Origin: Candidatus Zixiibacteriota bacterium
GTDB lineage: Bacteria > Zixibacteria > MSB-5A5 > UBA10806 > 4484-95
NCBI GenBank assembly: GCA_029932605.1
Contig: JAOZPT010000019.1
Span: 1-41,616, forward strand
Length of the DNA: 41,616 nt
Direction of reading: 5' to 3'
In this document: piece after piece, positions 9,014-18,862 of the stretch
Layout: the number at the start of each line of letters is the position of its first letter
How positions within the stretch are numbered: the stretch's first letter is position 1
Translations under genes and position numbers: made by a program
The notes under the pieces: model-generated
What the model was told of the DNA's origin: nothing
Database searches by the model: none
The model's input: only the letters and a program-made list of their open reading frames with translations

Positions 9014-12000
9014 TTATTGGTTCTTAGGTACTACGGCTTTGTTGCCACGGATAATTGCAGTAGGACCACCACCACCAGCAGGCGGGGTTTCAGGGCAGTA
9101 CAGGATCTCAGGGTTTTGTCCCTTGAAGTACGCAACCAGGAAGGTTACGTCGGAACCTGAATATGAGCAACTACCGTTGGCATCGCCAGCAGAGTACAAC
9201 CAACCACCTTGATACGGGCAGCTGTCTGGAGGAGGATCACCAAGGCCTTTGAAGTAACGGACGCTGTAGGTAACATCGTTACCCGCAGGACTGCCGTCAC
9301 CATTGGCGTCGCCAGGCACGTAATCACAACCCACTTCACCAACCACGAATGTTACAGGAACAGTCGGGTTCGGATTGTTCGGGTCGTTTGTCGTGAAGTT
9401 AATTGAGCCTGTGTAGGTGCCTTCCTCTAAATCAGTGGCATCCATAGTAGCGGTTATATCAATCGGCGGATCGCCATAGGGGATTGAACCGGTTGAAATA
9501 TCAATGGACAACCATGGCAGCTGGAACGACGGCAGTATGCATAACGACAGGTCTAGGCCGTTGGAGTTACTGTCGAGAAGCTGAACCAGCGCTGAACCAT
9601 CCCACTGATAAGCCAGTGCGTCACCGTCATAAGAGCTTGCCCACAGGAATACGCAGTCTTGCGGGTCGCTGATACCCTGGATGGAAACCCATCCGGCAGC
9701 AAAGTCTAATGGCGGATTGATTGGACCGGAATACCAGTTCATCTCGTAAACGCCGGCATAGAGTAAGCCTGTCGGTACCGGTGTTATCGATGTAGTATAA
9801 GTAGCTACAACAGCACCGGGGAGTCCAGCATCATCTTCATAGAAGATGACCTCGAAAACCGCCGGATCTTCGAAGCACTCAGACCATGGCGGTAAACCAA
9901 GATCGAGACCCCAGAAACCGATTCCTTCGATTGGAGCGGTCAGATCCCAGAAGTTCTCATAGCACAGATAATCTGGATCAGTGCCAATATCACTTGTATG
10001 GAATGACCAGTAATCGGCATCCGGTAGGTTGGGCGACTGGCTGAACATTGAGCCTTCCGGACACTGTGGCGGAGGCGGAGGCATTTCGCCTTCGGTAATC
10101 TCAATTGTATAATTACCAGCATCGCCACCATAACCGTCAACAATAATGTAGTAGTCATGTCCGGCATAGCAGACCATACCGATCAACTCAGAATCAAACA
10201 GGAATGGATCGGAGCAGGCATCATCGTTGCAGGCGTAATACGGGCTCTCGCAGACATCCTCATAGACAAACAGCTTCGTGTCATAATCGGTTGTACCAAG
10301 ACAGAGCGTAATATCTATAGGTATATCCTCAGTGGGTGTGAACACATACACGACATCCGGTGAGGTAGATGAATACGGGCATACCTCCTCGTAGTCGTCA
10401 GTGTAGCCCACGATAGTTCCATCGTCGGTATATGGCAGACCTGTGACAACAGTTGCATTGGCACAATCATCGCCACCCTGCAGGATGATATTGGGATCAG
10501 GAACATTCGGTTCACCGGTATACGGAGCTTTATCTTCCGGTGTATTGGCGAACTTAGCATCGGGGCTGTTTGAGCCTTCGCCGATTGTCCAGTTTGGCGC
10601 CTGACCACCTGTGGCAGGTCCAACAGGTTCAGATGTCCGCAGAATCGGATTATCTATTGTGCAGTTGGCGCTGAATGTTAATACACTACCAGCCTCACCA
10701 ACGTTGCTGACAGATATAACTCCAGTGTCCGAACCACCTGGAGGAGCATTTCCTTCAAGTGAAGTCGGATCGACTGAGAAAGCAGGCGTTGCTACAGGCT
10801 GGAAGGAAGCCACATATTCAAGCACGCAGGGCCAACCATCAAACACCGACGGGCCAACCCATAACCAGTAAGTATTACCAGCTGTAAGGGTTTGTGTCAG
10901 GCTGGCGGTATCGCATGGGTCAGCGGTAGCGCTGGCCATAATCACCAGGTTGTCACAACCTCCAGTTCCATCGATAAAGAATATCAATATCGGGAACTCA
11001 CCCACGGCAGTAAAGCTGTAGGGTCCGGTTTCATCGCAAACCCACTCGAACCAGTCGGTATCGCGGTAGTTGGAACCACCAAAGAGGAATGTTCCGGATT
11101 CACCGCAGATAACATCGCCCGGGGTGATTGGCTGGAATACTGGCGGCTCAGAGTTACAACCGCCGTTGTATGTGTCGTCGTATTCATCACCGCATGGAGG
11201 CTCACCCTCGAGGATGCCCTCAGGCGGACACTCAACATTGCAGGGCTCTTCTTCGGTGATATTCAATATGTATTCACCGCAGTCGGAACCAAAGCCGTCA
11301 ACGACAACATAGTAAGTTCCAGGCGGGAAGTTGCCCGAAACCTGGGACTGCGTGCCGCAATAGTCGTCGTTATACATGAACTCGGTTCCGGGTCCACTGC
11401 AACATTCATCAGCGAAGACAGCAAGCTTGGTGTCATAGGAGGAACCGCACAACGAGACGGTCACATACATCAGCTCTGTCATCTCCATCTCGTAGATAAC
11501 ATCAGGACCATCCGAACCTTCTATGTCGCATTGGTTTGTGTAGTTACAGCTATTGTCTTCATCGGTATACGGCAATGACGGAATGATGTATGGATTGCCG
11601 CACCAGTCTCCCTCCGGAGGCTCTGATCCGGCAACGATACTTAAATCGTACTCCGGAATGCAATCCGGTGTTGGCCAGGTATCAACCATTACATAGTAAG
11701 TGCCAGCATCCAGGTAGGTATTAAAACCATGAGGAGTGGCGGAGCTACTGGTTGATATGGCAATACAAACACTCGGATCGGGTGGGCACATATCATCAAG
11801 CAAAAAGCCGGTGTATGTGGTTGTATACGGGTCAAGCGTGAACTGATACCAGCCAGAGGAGGTGACGTTGAACTCATACATGAAGTCCTCGCCGCCATCG
11901 TAAGAACCAAGGCAGGTCTCGGAGAAATCATTACCATAACCGCAGGTTGCGCCGTTGTGTGTATACGGAATGACCAGCGGATCTACGACTAAATCTGGTG

Positions 12001-14074
12001 TGCATTCATAAGGCTCGGCTGTAAACCAGCCCACATACTCAAGCACGCAATCCCAGCCAGAGAATACCGACGGGGCAGCAAACATCCAGTATGTTCCGGG
12101 TCCAACTATGGCTGAAATTTCAACCGTATCGCATGGGTTACCAGTGCCGCTGGTTAAGATTACCAGGTTATCACAGCCATTGGTTCCATCGATGATGAAG
12201 GTTGCGAGCGGGAATTCAGCCACAGCTCTCCAGGTGAGTTCCATTGTACCATCAGTATTGACCCACTCGAACCAGTCGGTATCGCGGTAGTTGCTACCCT
12301 CAAAGAGGTATGTTCCGGACTCGGCGCACATGATGTCGCCGGGGTTAATCGGCTGGAATACTGGCGGGGTTGAGTTACAACCGCCGTTATAGTTATCGAC
12401 ATATTCATCACCGCATGGAGGCTCATTTTCAGGTATGCCACCATCCGGGCAGGTAACGTCGCAAACTCCAGCTTCCGTGACATTAACGGTATATGAGAAG
12501 TTCATGCCCTGACCAGCTTGATTCGCTGCATAAGCGGGCCAGTAAATTACAGCACGAGGACCACCGGGAACAGCCAGGAAGGTCATATCATAACCGCCAT
12601 ATCCGTTAGGACAGTCTATGAATTCACCTGAGTCGCGAATGATATAGTCATCACAGGCGCAATCGTCCATGAGCACTATACCAACAGTCCAGAGATCCTC
12701 TCCTTCACCGCACATGACTATATTGATGTCGTTTGATTCATAGGGCAGGTCAATAGTGTACCAAACACCATTCCAATCCAGCACACCCGGGCAATCAACT
12801 GTGGCGCCTATGGTTGTGCCGGTGCCAGTGGCAGGATATGGCCCAGTGATAGCTTCAGCATCTTCGCAGTCGTCGTTAGCTGGAGCAGGTGAGGATTCGG
12901 TAATTGAGAGATCAAAGCTCTCAATACAATTTGGGGAGGGCCAGGTATCTACCATAATGTAATATGTTCCAGTAGTGAGGGCAATACCGGTAATAGTCTG
13001 ATTTCCACTGCTGCTGGAGGAGGTGGCAATACAGATTTCGTCTGAGAAGCCTGGAGGACATTCCTCATCAATCGCTAATCCTACCCATGAGGCGTCGGAT
13101 GTAACTGATACATCAACTGTAACATCCGATGTAACAGTAACCTCATAAATAATATCCTCACCACCATCGTAACTACCAAGGCATGTTTCATCGTAATCAT
13201 TTACTCTGCCGCAAGTAGTCTGGCCTGCATCAAGATAGGGCAGGTCGCCAGGGAGACTGACCGTAAGAGGCGAATCGCAGTTATCTCCGGGTTGTGGCAC
13301 ATAACATTCAACTCCAATTACAGAGAGATCGTAGTTGCCACAGCCACCACCCCAACCATCAACTACGATATAGTATGTATTTCCACCTGTTACCGGTAGA
13401 TCTGCAATTACAGACCAATAATTATCGAGAGGACAAAGATCAAAAGCATCATCGTTACAGGCATAGTATGGGCTCACGCATTCATTCTCATAAACGAATA
13501 GTTTTGTGTCGTAATCAGTATTTTCATTACAGAGGGAGATTTCAATGCATGTATCAACTTCGGGTGTATAAGAATATACAACGTCAGGAGAGGTTGAACT
13601 GGAGGGACACTCCTCATCATAGTCATCAGTAAAGCCACACGTAGTACCAGTATCGTAATAAGGAAGGCTGGGAATTGGTGTAGCTGTAGCGCAGTCATCG
13701 CCGCCCTGGAGGATTACGTTAGGGTCAGGAGGAGGAGCTATGTTAACGGATGGTTTTTTCTCCTTTACATATTCCTCAACTTCAACATCCCCAAAACGAG
13801 CGATAACAGAGGGAGCCATCCCGGTAGTGACAGCTTTTGAACCTTTGGCTGTCAATATATCTCTATCAAGCGCTCTGGCTTCCTCGGCTGCCATCTTGGC
13901 CTGCTCTGCTTTATATTGTTCCATCTTCTCAGCAATGAGAGCCGCTTCCTTAAGATCTTTCTGGGTAACCGGCTTCTTTGATGAGAGAACATCTTTAGAA
14001 ATCGCAGAGAAGGACAATGAAGCTAACGCTACAACCAACCCAACGACAATGATCACTAAAGAAAGTTTTTTCAT
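9014..14074 (-). CDS. Giant secreted Cys/Asp/Glu-rich protein: ~8 PPC-like beta-sandwich repeats, Ig/BACON-like domain, C-terminal dockerin-like domain
   Basis: GGAG RBS 6 nt before ATG 14074 (track start 14086); signal peptide MKKLSLVIIVVGLVVALASLSFSA; repeated DTKL..Y/CNDD and YYIVVDG motifs; paired GDANG loops at the C-terminus. Confidence 0.85.
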   Translation of the reverse strand: MKKLSLVIIVVGLVVALASLSFSAISKDVLSSKKPVTQKDLKEAALIAEKMEQYKAEQAKMAAEEARALDRDILTAKGSKAVTTGMAPSVIARFGDVEVEEYVKEKKPSVNIAPPPDPNVILQGGDDCATATPIPSLPYYDTGTTCGFTDDYDEECPSSSTSPDVVYSYTPEVDTCIEISLCNENTDYDTKLFVYENECVSPYYACNDDAFDLCPLDNYWSVIADLPVTGGNTYYIVVDGWGGGCGNYDLSVIGVECYVPQPGDNCDSPLTVSLPGDLPYLDAGQTTCGRVNDYDETCLGSYDGGEDIIYEVTVTSDVTVDVSVTSDASWVGLAIDEECPPGFSDEICIATSSSSSGNQTITGIALTTGTYYIMVDTWPSPNCIESFDLSITESSPAPANDDCEDAEAITGPYPATGTGTTIGATVDCPGVLDWNGVWYTIDLPYESNDINIVMCGEGEDLWTVGIVLMDDCACDDYIIRDSGEFIDCPNGYGGYDMTFLAVPGGPRAVIYWPAYAANQAGQGMNFSYTVNVTEAGVCDVTCPDGGIPENEPPCGDEYVDNYNGGCNSTPPVFQPINPGDIMCAESGTYLFEGSNYRDTDWFEWVNTDGTMELTWRAVAEFPLATFIIDGTNGCDNLVILTSGTGNPCDTVEISAIVGPGTYWMFAAPSVFSGWDCVLEYVGWFTAEPYECTPDLVVDPLVIPYTHNGATCGYGNDFSETCLGSYDGGEDFMYEFNVTSSGWYQFTLDPYTTTYTGFLLDDMCPPDPSVCIAISTSSSATPHGFNTYLDAGTYYVMVDTWPTPDCIPEYDLSIVAGSEPPEGDWCGNPYIIPSLPYTDEDNSCNYTNQCDIEGSDGPDVIYEMEMTELMYVTVSLCGSSYDTKLAVFADECCSGPGTEFMYNDDYCGTQSQVSGNFPPGTYYVVVDGFGSDCGEYILNITEEEPCNVECPPEGILEGEPPCGDEYDDTYNGGCNSEPPVFQPITPGDVICGESGTFLFGGSNYRDTDWFEWVCDETGPYSFTAVGEFPILIFFIDGTGGCDNLVIMASATADPCDTASLTQTLTAGNTYWLWVGPSVFDGWPCVLEYVASFQPVATPAFSVDPTSLEGNAPPGGSDTGVISVSNVGEAGSVLTFSANCTIDNPILRTSEPVGPATGGQAPNWTIGEGSNSPDAKFANTPEDKAPYTGEPNVPDPNIILQGGDDCANATVVTGLPYTDDGTIVGYTDDYEEVCPYSSTSPDVVYVFTPTEDIPIDITLCLGTTDYDTKLFVYEDVCESPYYACNDDACSDPFLFDSELIGMVCYAGHDYYIIVDGYGGDAGNYTIEITEGEMPPPPPQCPEGSMFSQSPNLPDADYWSFHTSDIGTDPDYLCYENFWDLTAPIEGIGFWGLDLGLPPWSECFEDPAVFEVIFYEDDAGLPGAVVATYTTSITPVPTGLLYAGVYEMNWYSGPINPPLDFAAGWVSIQGISDPQDCVFLWASSYDGDALAYQWDGSALVQLLDSNSNGLDLSLCILPSFQLPWLSIDISTGSIPYGDPPIDITATMDATDLEEGTYTGSINFTTNDPNNPNPTVPVTFVVGEVGCDYVPGDANGDGSPAGNDVTYSVRYFKGLGDPPPDSCPYQGGWLYSAGDANGSCSYSGSDVTFLVAYFKGQNPEILYCPETPPAGGGGPTAIIRGNKAVVPKNQ
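9080..9328 (-). other. Dockerin-like C-terminal domain, copy 1
   Basis: CDYVPGDANGDG..NDVTY..GDANGSC...SDVTFLVAYFKG; two Ca-loop/helix repeats. Confidence 0.8.
11040..12425. repeat. Intragenic direct repeat (duplicated module, offset 1221 bp)
   Basis: 33-bp identity 11040-11072 = 12261-12293; 24-bp identity 11181-11204 = 12402-12425. Confidence 0.9.
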
Positions 14075-14378
14075 AAGTTTCTCCAAACATTAGTTATGGT
14101 TAACATAACCTTACTTAACATTTCTAAGTTTACCTGATTTCCTCACTTTTAATGTTAACGATTTTCATGTTAACGTTAGTTTAAGTGATTTTGCTTTATA
14201 GGCATATCCTCCATTTTAACAAGGTTAGAAATTTGTGATAGTTTAACTTAATAAATATTCCACTTTAGATTTCTGAAATATATTCTCCTTACTTATTTCA
14301 TATTTACACCAGACGTTTTTCAACTGCGCCAGAAGAAGACAGTACAATTCGTCCGTAGACCCTCTTGTTACATTAATA

Positions 14379-14407
14379 ATTATAATTATTCTATCGTTCC
14401 TTGTCAA
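14379..14407 (-). promoter_or_regulatory. Perfect sigma70 promoter of the giant repeat-protein gene
   Basis: Minus strand TTGACA (14407-14402)-N17-TATAAT (14384-14379); A/T tracts just upstream (UP-element-like). Confidence 0.85.
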
Positions 14408-14701
14408 GTTTTTTTTATCAAAAATATTAAAAAAAATAATCCGTTGGTGTTTTTTTAGTTACAAGAATGAGGAACCTGAAACACCGGGTAATTTAATGCC
14501 TAGATTATGATGTGACAGATTAATGAACAAGTGCATAAAAATTATAGATATTTTAGGGATATATTTAGAACTAACTGATTGCGTCAAAAGCCGTTATGAA
14601 TTTCACTTTATTTTGTTTTTATAATTCGGTTTGATTTAATGTTTGGTGAAGTTTAAATTCACAAATAAACCCTGAAAGTAGAAAAATATTATAAATATGT
14701 T

Positions 14702-17700
14702 TCATCTTATTTTTTTGATGAAATCATGGTTTTTTCCTATTTTTATAATTTCTGGGCTAAAATGCGTGTAACCTAGTGGCGGAGTTCGATGGCAGAATAA
14801 TATTTCCGGGTTGTAAGCTTTATAATAAGCAACCAGAAAACTAATATCTGAACCCGTAAAACTACAATTACCGTTGACATCACCAGCTGCATATAGCCAG
14901 GTTGAGAGAGAGTCATCCAAGCAGGAATCAGGAGGAGGAAGTCCCAATCCCTTGAAATAGCGAACACCGAATGTTACATCGTTGCCCATAACATCACCGT
15001 CACCATTGATGTCGCCGGGGACGTAATCGCAACCGGGAGATAAAGGCATAACCGTAAGTGTGACCGGGATACTTCCGGAGATAGTGTCCGGGTCGTTTGA
15101 GTTAAAATTTATTGAACCGCTGTAATCACCCGGTGATAAATCTGTGGCGTCGAGGGTTACCTGCAGGATGGCGCTATCTGCGGGGGTGATATAATATGGA
15201 CCGCCATCAAACCCTATCCATGAATATTCACTGCTGAATGTTATAAATAATATACCCTCGCCACTATTGTAAATTGTGATATCGTGCACCGACAGGCTGT
15301 CCTCATATAAACTGTCGGTGATGCCATCAGCCGAGAAGGAGAGTTCTGGTGTCCCGGAAGCGCTAACACTAAAAATTACCGGTATATCAACATCAGGATT
15401 GACGGGATCATTGCTTATAAGATTGATGTTGCCGGTGTATATATTTTCATTTAACATGGTGGCATCGAAAGTAACGGTAATTACAGAGCTATCATGGGCA
15501 TCAACAATCCCCGTTGTAGGTGAGACCAAAAGCCAGCTTGGTTGAATGTATATCGCCAGATTGTTATGCATGTAGGGGGCGTTGTATAATATCTCAAGGC
15601 CGTCAGAACCGTCGATGTTTTCAATTCCTATGGTGGCGTTCTGAAGGTCATCTGAACCGGGATCCATCGTGCTATACTGCAGGGTGATTTCACCGCTGGG
15701 ATAAAGAATTGCCTGAAATGTCAATGAGCCGGTATCATTATAATTCGGTATTTCTATGAAGCTGACTATGAAACGATTATTGAAGCTGTCATTATAATAA
15801 TATATGGCGCCAGCCTGAGATGGGTCGAGGTCGTCCCACCAGATTGCAATCATATTGTTTGGATCGTCTGGATTTGGTATATAAGTGTTGTTATATGATG
15901 TCGAACCACTGCCAAATGATAGCATTCCATTTGAGCAGATATAAAGCGAAACATAGTCGTTTTCATAAAATGGAAACGCAAAACCGATAGATATCGGACC
16001 TTCATAATCGTCCATTCCTAAAACTATGGGGGTGCCGATTTCCGATATGTCAATCCAGTTATATACGGGGCCATTTGGCTCATCTGAATCTATCCATCCG
16101 TAACCGAAATTATCCGGACCTCCCTGACCGGTGGTTATAGGCGGGGAATAAGACTTATCGGTTGCACTTGCTTTTTCAGTGTCAACCTTATAATAACCAA
16201 CCGACCCTGGTCTGTGCAGGAGTGATGTAATTTCCTGCTTGGCATTATGACAGAGCGGGTCAAAGGTTTCTGTTAAAAGGTTGAAAAATAGAAAACTATT
16301 TCCATTATTGATGATGAAAAGCTCACGAGTCTCTATATTTCCTGGTTGTGTGGTTACGTTAAACGATGTGGGATTATATGATAACTCTGGTGGCTCCGGC
16401 GGGATAGTGCCAATGACAACGACATCATCGATATACCAACCAGCCTTGTTGACATGATAATCCGAACCGAATCTCCATCTGAACATAACATTATGATTAT
16501 AATAAACTGAAATATCAAAGCTGGCGTGGATCCAACCGTTACTTGAACCTGTATAGCCGGGTTCATTAAGGGCATAGATATCGTGGTCAGGGTAACCGCC
16601 ATCGGGTGAAATCAATGTCCATGAGTTGCCATCATCAGTAGATATGGAGACATTTCCACCATCCCAACCATTTTCGATATCATACCAGTGGTAGAATTCT
16701 AAACGTGCTTCAGAGAGGGCTAAAAACATATCTGGACTGATAAGGTTGTCATCGGCGTTATCTGGATATTCGCCGTCGAGTATTGTCCCCCAAACCTTTG
16801 TCCCCGACCATGCACAAGGTGGACCATAGGTTGGCTCTCCCCATTGCCATACGCCTTCTCCAGAATAATCGCCATTACTGTATTCAAATGTCTCGGCTGG
16901 CGTGATTGAAAAATCAAGAATGTTAGTCGCGCCGTCCTGTATGAATATAGAGTCAAGTCCCCGGCTGTACCCAATGGCTATAACCTGAACTCTGTATGAT
17001 GAACCTGAAGGCACGGCTAAAAACTGATAAAAACCATTGGTATCTGTTGTTTCGGGCGGTATGGGAGTATCCAGAATATTTACTTCAGCTCCATCGATGC
17101 TGTCACCAATTACTGAAGTAACGGTTCCCTGTAATATCGCAGGTGTAGCTGGCGTTAAAGCGAAATCTTGATGAGCTGTGTCACCGGCTGTAATGTAGAT
17201 AGATTGTTGTTGTGGTAGATAGCCATAATATGAAGCTTCAAGAGTAAAGGTCGTATCGGCAGGAAGACCAAGTCGAAAGTAACCGGAGATATTTGCATAG
17301 GTCTCGGCTTGACCATCTACGACCCTAATATGTGCTGGGAGGGGGTTTGAGGTGTTTATATCAGTAATATAACCATCTACATAACCAAACCCCTCAGCTA
17401 ATATACAAGCCCGATACAGGTTAATGATGCCATGACCATAATCGTTATCCTCTCCTGGTGTGCCGAGGTCCTCAGCGGTTAGCATCAAAATATCTTTTAT
17501 GGTGTTAGCATCAAGATTTGGATTGACCTGTCGAATAACGGCGACAGCACCCGCTATATATGGAGATGCTATAGAGGTTCCACTTTTATAACTATAGTCT
17601 CCACCAGGTACAGAACTTCTAACATTTACTCCGGGAGCGACAACCTCAGGTTTAATAGCCAGATCACCAGTGGCGCATTCTGTAGGTCCCCGGGCTGACT

Positions 17701-18862
17701 GGCTGTCTATCGGCAGTGAAGGTTCGTTACCGTCAACGGCACCCACGGAAAAAACATTATAGTATGTGGTGGCTCTATCGGCAGGTGAGCGCAGGCCGTC
17801 GAAACCCTCATCACCGGCGGAAAATATTATAACAGTACCAGCAGCTTCGCAGTTATCAATAGCGTTCCAGAACGTTTCGTCGCAGTCAGGATATTCCCAG
17901 CTATCAGGAATTCCCCATGAGTTTCCACACACATCGGGATTGTCCTGGGTGGTGGGATTATCATCCGGATCAACGATCCATTCAAGAGACATCAAAGTGG
18001 TTGAGATAAATTGTTCATGACTTCCATAGAATGCAGGAGAGGTTGAGATCCATGAGGCATCGATAGCAACACCAATGGTATCTCCATCGGGGGTTCGACC
18101 GCATATTATGCCCATGGTATGGGTGCCATGATCGCTGTAATCTGTTGGAAAACCCGAACCGCCGTTAGGATCAAACCAGCTTTCATCACAATCGCCATCA
18201 TCATCGACATCACCGCGGAAACGGTCAGCTAAAGCGGGATGGTAACCATCAACTCCGGTGTCGACATGAGATACAAGTCGGCCAGCGCCGGTATAACCCA
18301 TAGCCCAGGCTTGGGGAGCATGGATTCGTTCAAGCCCAATCTCATGGCCATAATGCAAGCGATCAGGTTTTTCAAAATTGTGCTCTTCGACAGGTTTAGT
18401 CAATTCTACTCGGTAATCGAGAGTAATTTTCTCGATCTCCTCTAAATTTGCAAAGTACATTATTGCTTCTTTGGTGGCCTCAACAGCTATGAGATTAACC
18501 AGCCAGAATCTTTTGATGTTTTGGATTTTACCATAGGCCTCAAGCTCGTTCATTGCGGGTATAACCGACTGCTGGGTTCTTGTGGCCACCTCCTGGAGGG
18601 ATGTTATTACCTGATAATTTCTCTGAGCGAGCGTTGCCCTTTGTAGGGTCAATTGCTGATTCAGAGCATAGATGTTAGCCTGTTTGGCCATTACCAGGAT
18701 TACTTTGTGCATATCAGATGGGTTGCTGTTTGTTAGCTTTTTTTGTAGTTGTGGGCTTATTGTTCCGCTCCAGCAGAGAACTTGCAGATGAGCAAATATA
18801 TAAGCTATGATTGTATATTTAAGAAGCTTCATGTAAAATACTTTCGTATTTAAAACACTCAA
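14702..18862 (-). CDS. Secreted S8 subtilase (bacillopeptidase F-like) with propeptide, 2 carboxypeptidase-regulatory-like domains, jelly-roll/MAM-like, NIDO-like, Ig/BACON-like and dockerin-like domains
   Basis: Catalytic triad motifs VDTGVD, HGTHTMG, GTSIASP; GPTEC..IKPEVVAPG; YGHG; signal peptide from ATG 18832 (probable true start). Confidence 0.92.
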   Translation of the reverse strand: MSVLNTKVFYMKLLKYTIIAYIFAHLQVLCWSGTISPQLQKKLTNSNPSDMHKVILVMAKQANIYALNQQLTLQRATLAQRNYQVITSLQEVATRTQQSVIPAMNELEAYGKIQNIKRFWLVNLIAVEATKEAIMYFANLEEIEKITLDYRVELTKPVEEHNFEKPDRLHYGHEIGLERIHAPQAWAMGYTGAGRLVSHVDTGVDGYHPALADRFRGDVDDDGDCDESWFDPNGGSGFPTDYSDHGTHTMGIICGRTPDGDTIGVAIDASWISTSPAFYGSHEQFISTTLMSLEWIVDPDDNPTTQDNPDVCGNSWGIPDSWEYPDCDETFWNAIDNCEAAGTVIIFSAGDEGFDGLRSPADRATTYYNVFSVGAVDGNEPSLPIDSQSARGPTECATGDLAIKPEVVAPGVNVRSSVPGGDYSYKSGTSIASPYIAGAVAVIRQVNPNLDANTIKDILMLTAEDLGTPGEDNDYGHGIINLYRACILAEGFGYVDGYITDINTSNPLPAHIRVVDGQAETYANISGYFRLGLPADTTFTLEASYYGYLPQQQSIYITAGDTAHQDFALTPATPAILQGTVTSVIGDSIDGAEVNILDTPIPPETTDTNGFYQFLAVPSGSSYRVQVIAIGYSRGLDSIFIQDGATNILDFSITPAETFEYSNGDYSGEGVWQWGEPTYGPPCAWSGTKVWGTILDGEYPDNADDNLISPDMFLALSEARLEFYHWYDIENGWDGGNVSISTDDGNSWTLISPDGGYPDHDIYALNEPGYTGSSNGWIHASFDISVYYNHNVMFRWRFGSDYHVNKAGWYIDDVVVIGTIPPEPPELSYNPTSFNVTTQPGNIETRELFIINNGNSFLFFNLLTETFDPLCHNAKQEITSLLHRPGSVGYYKVDTEKASATDKSYSPPITTGQGGPDNFGYGWIDSDEPNGPVYNWIDISEIGTPIVLGMDDYEGPISIGFAFPFYENDYVSLYICSNGMLSFGSGSTSYNNTYIPNPDDPNNMIAIWWDDLDPSQAGAIYYYNDSFNNRFIVSFIEIPNYNDTGSLTFQAILYPSGEITLQYSTMDPGSDDLQNATIGIENIDGSDGLEILYNAPYMHNNLAIYIQPSWLLVSPTTGIVDAHDSSVITVTFDATMLNENIYTGNINLISNDPVNPDVDIPVIFSVSASGTPELSFSADGITDSLYEDSLSVHDITIYNSGEGILFITFSSEYSWIGFDGGPYYITPADSAILQVTLDATDLSPGDYSGSINFNSNDPDTISGSIPVTLTVMPLSPGCDYVPGDINGDGDVMGNDVTFGVRYFKGLGLPPPDSCLDDSLSTWLYAAGDVNGNCSFTGSDISFLVAYYKAYNPEILFCHRTPPLGYTHFSPEIIKIGKNHDFIKKIR
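14777..15031 (-). other. Dockerin-like C-terminal domain, copy 2
   Basis: CDYVPGDINGDG..NDVTF..GDVNGNC...SDISFLVAYYK; aligns closely with copy 1. Confidence 0.8.

Noticed and set aside
10892..11578. 228-aa + strand ORF and other short ORFs inside the giant repeat gene
   Set aside because: Antisense or alternate-frame shadows of a strongly coding gene; no recognisable motifs
11040..12425. Repeat pair as a DGR template/variable region
   Set aside because: Both copies are in-frame parts of one gene, differences are not adenine-specific, and no reverse transcriptase is present
14176..14214. 12-codon uORF (MEDMPIKQNHLN) in the leader
   Set aside because: Poor RBS spacing and no attenuator-like codon run; likely chance
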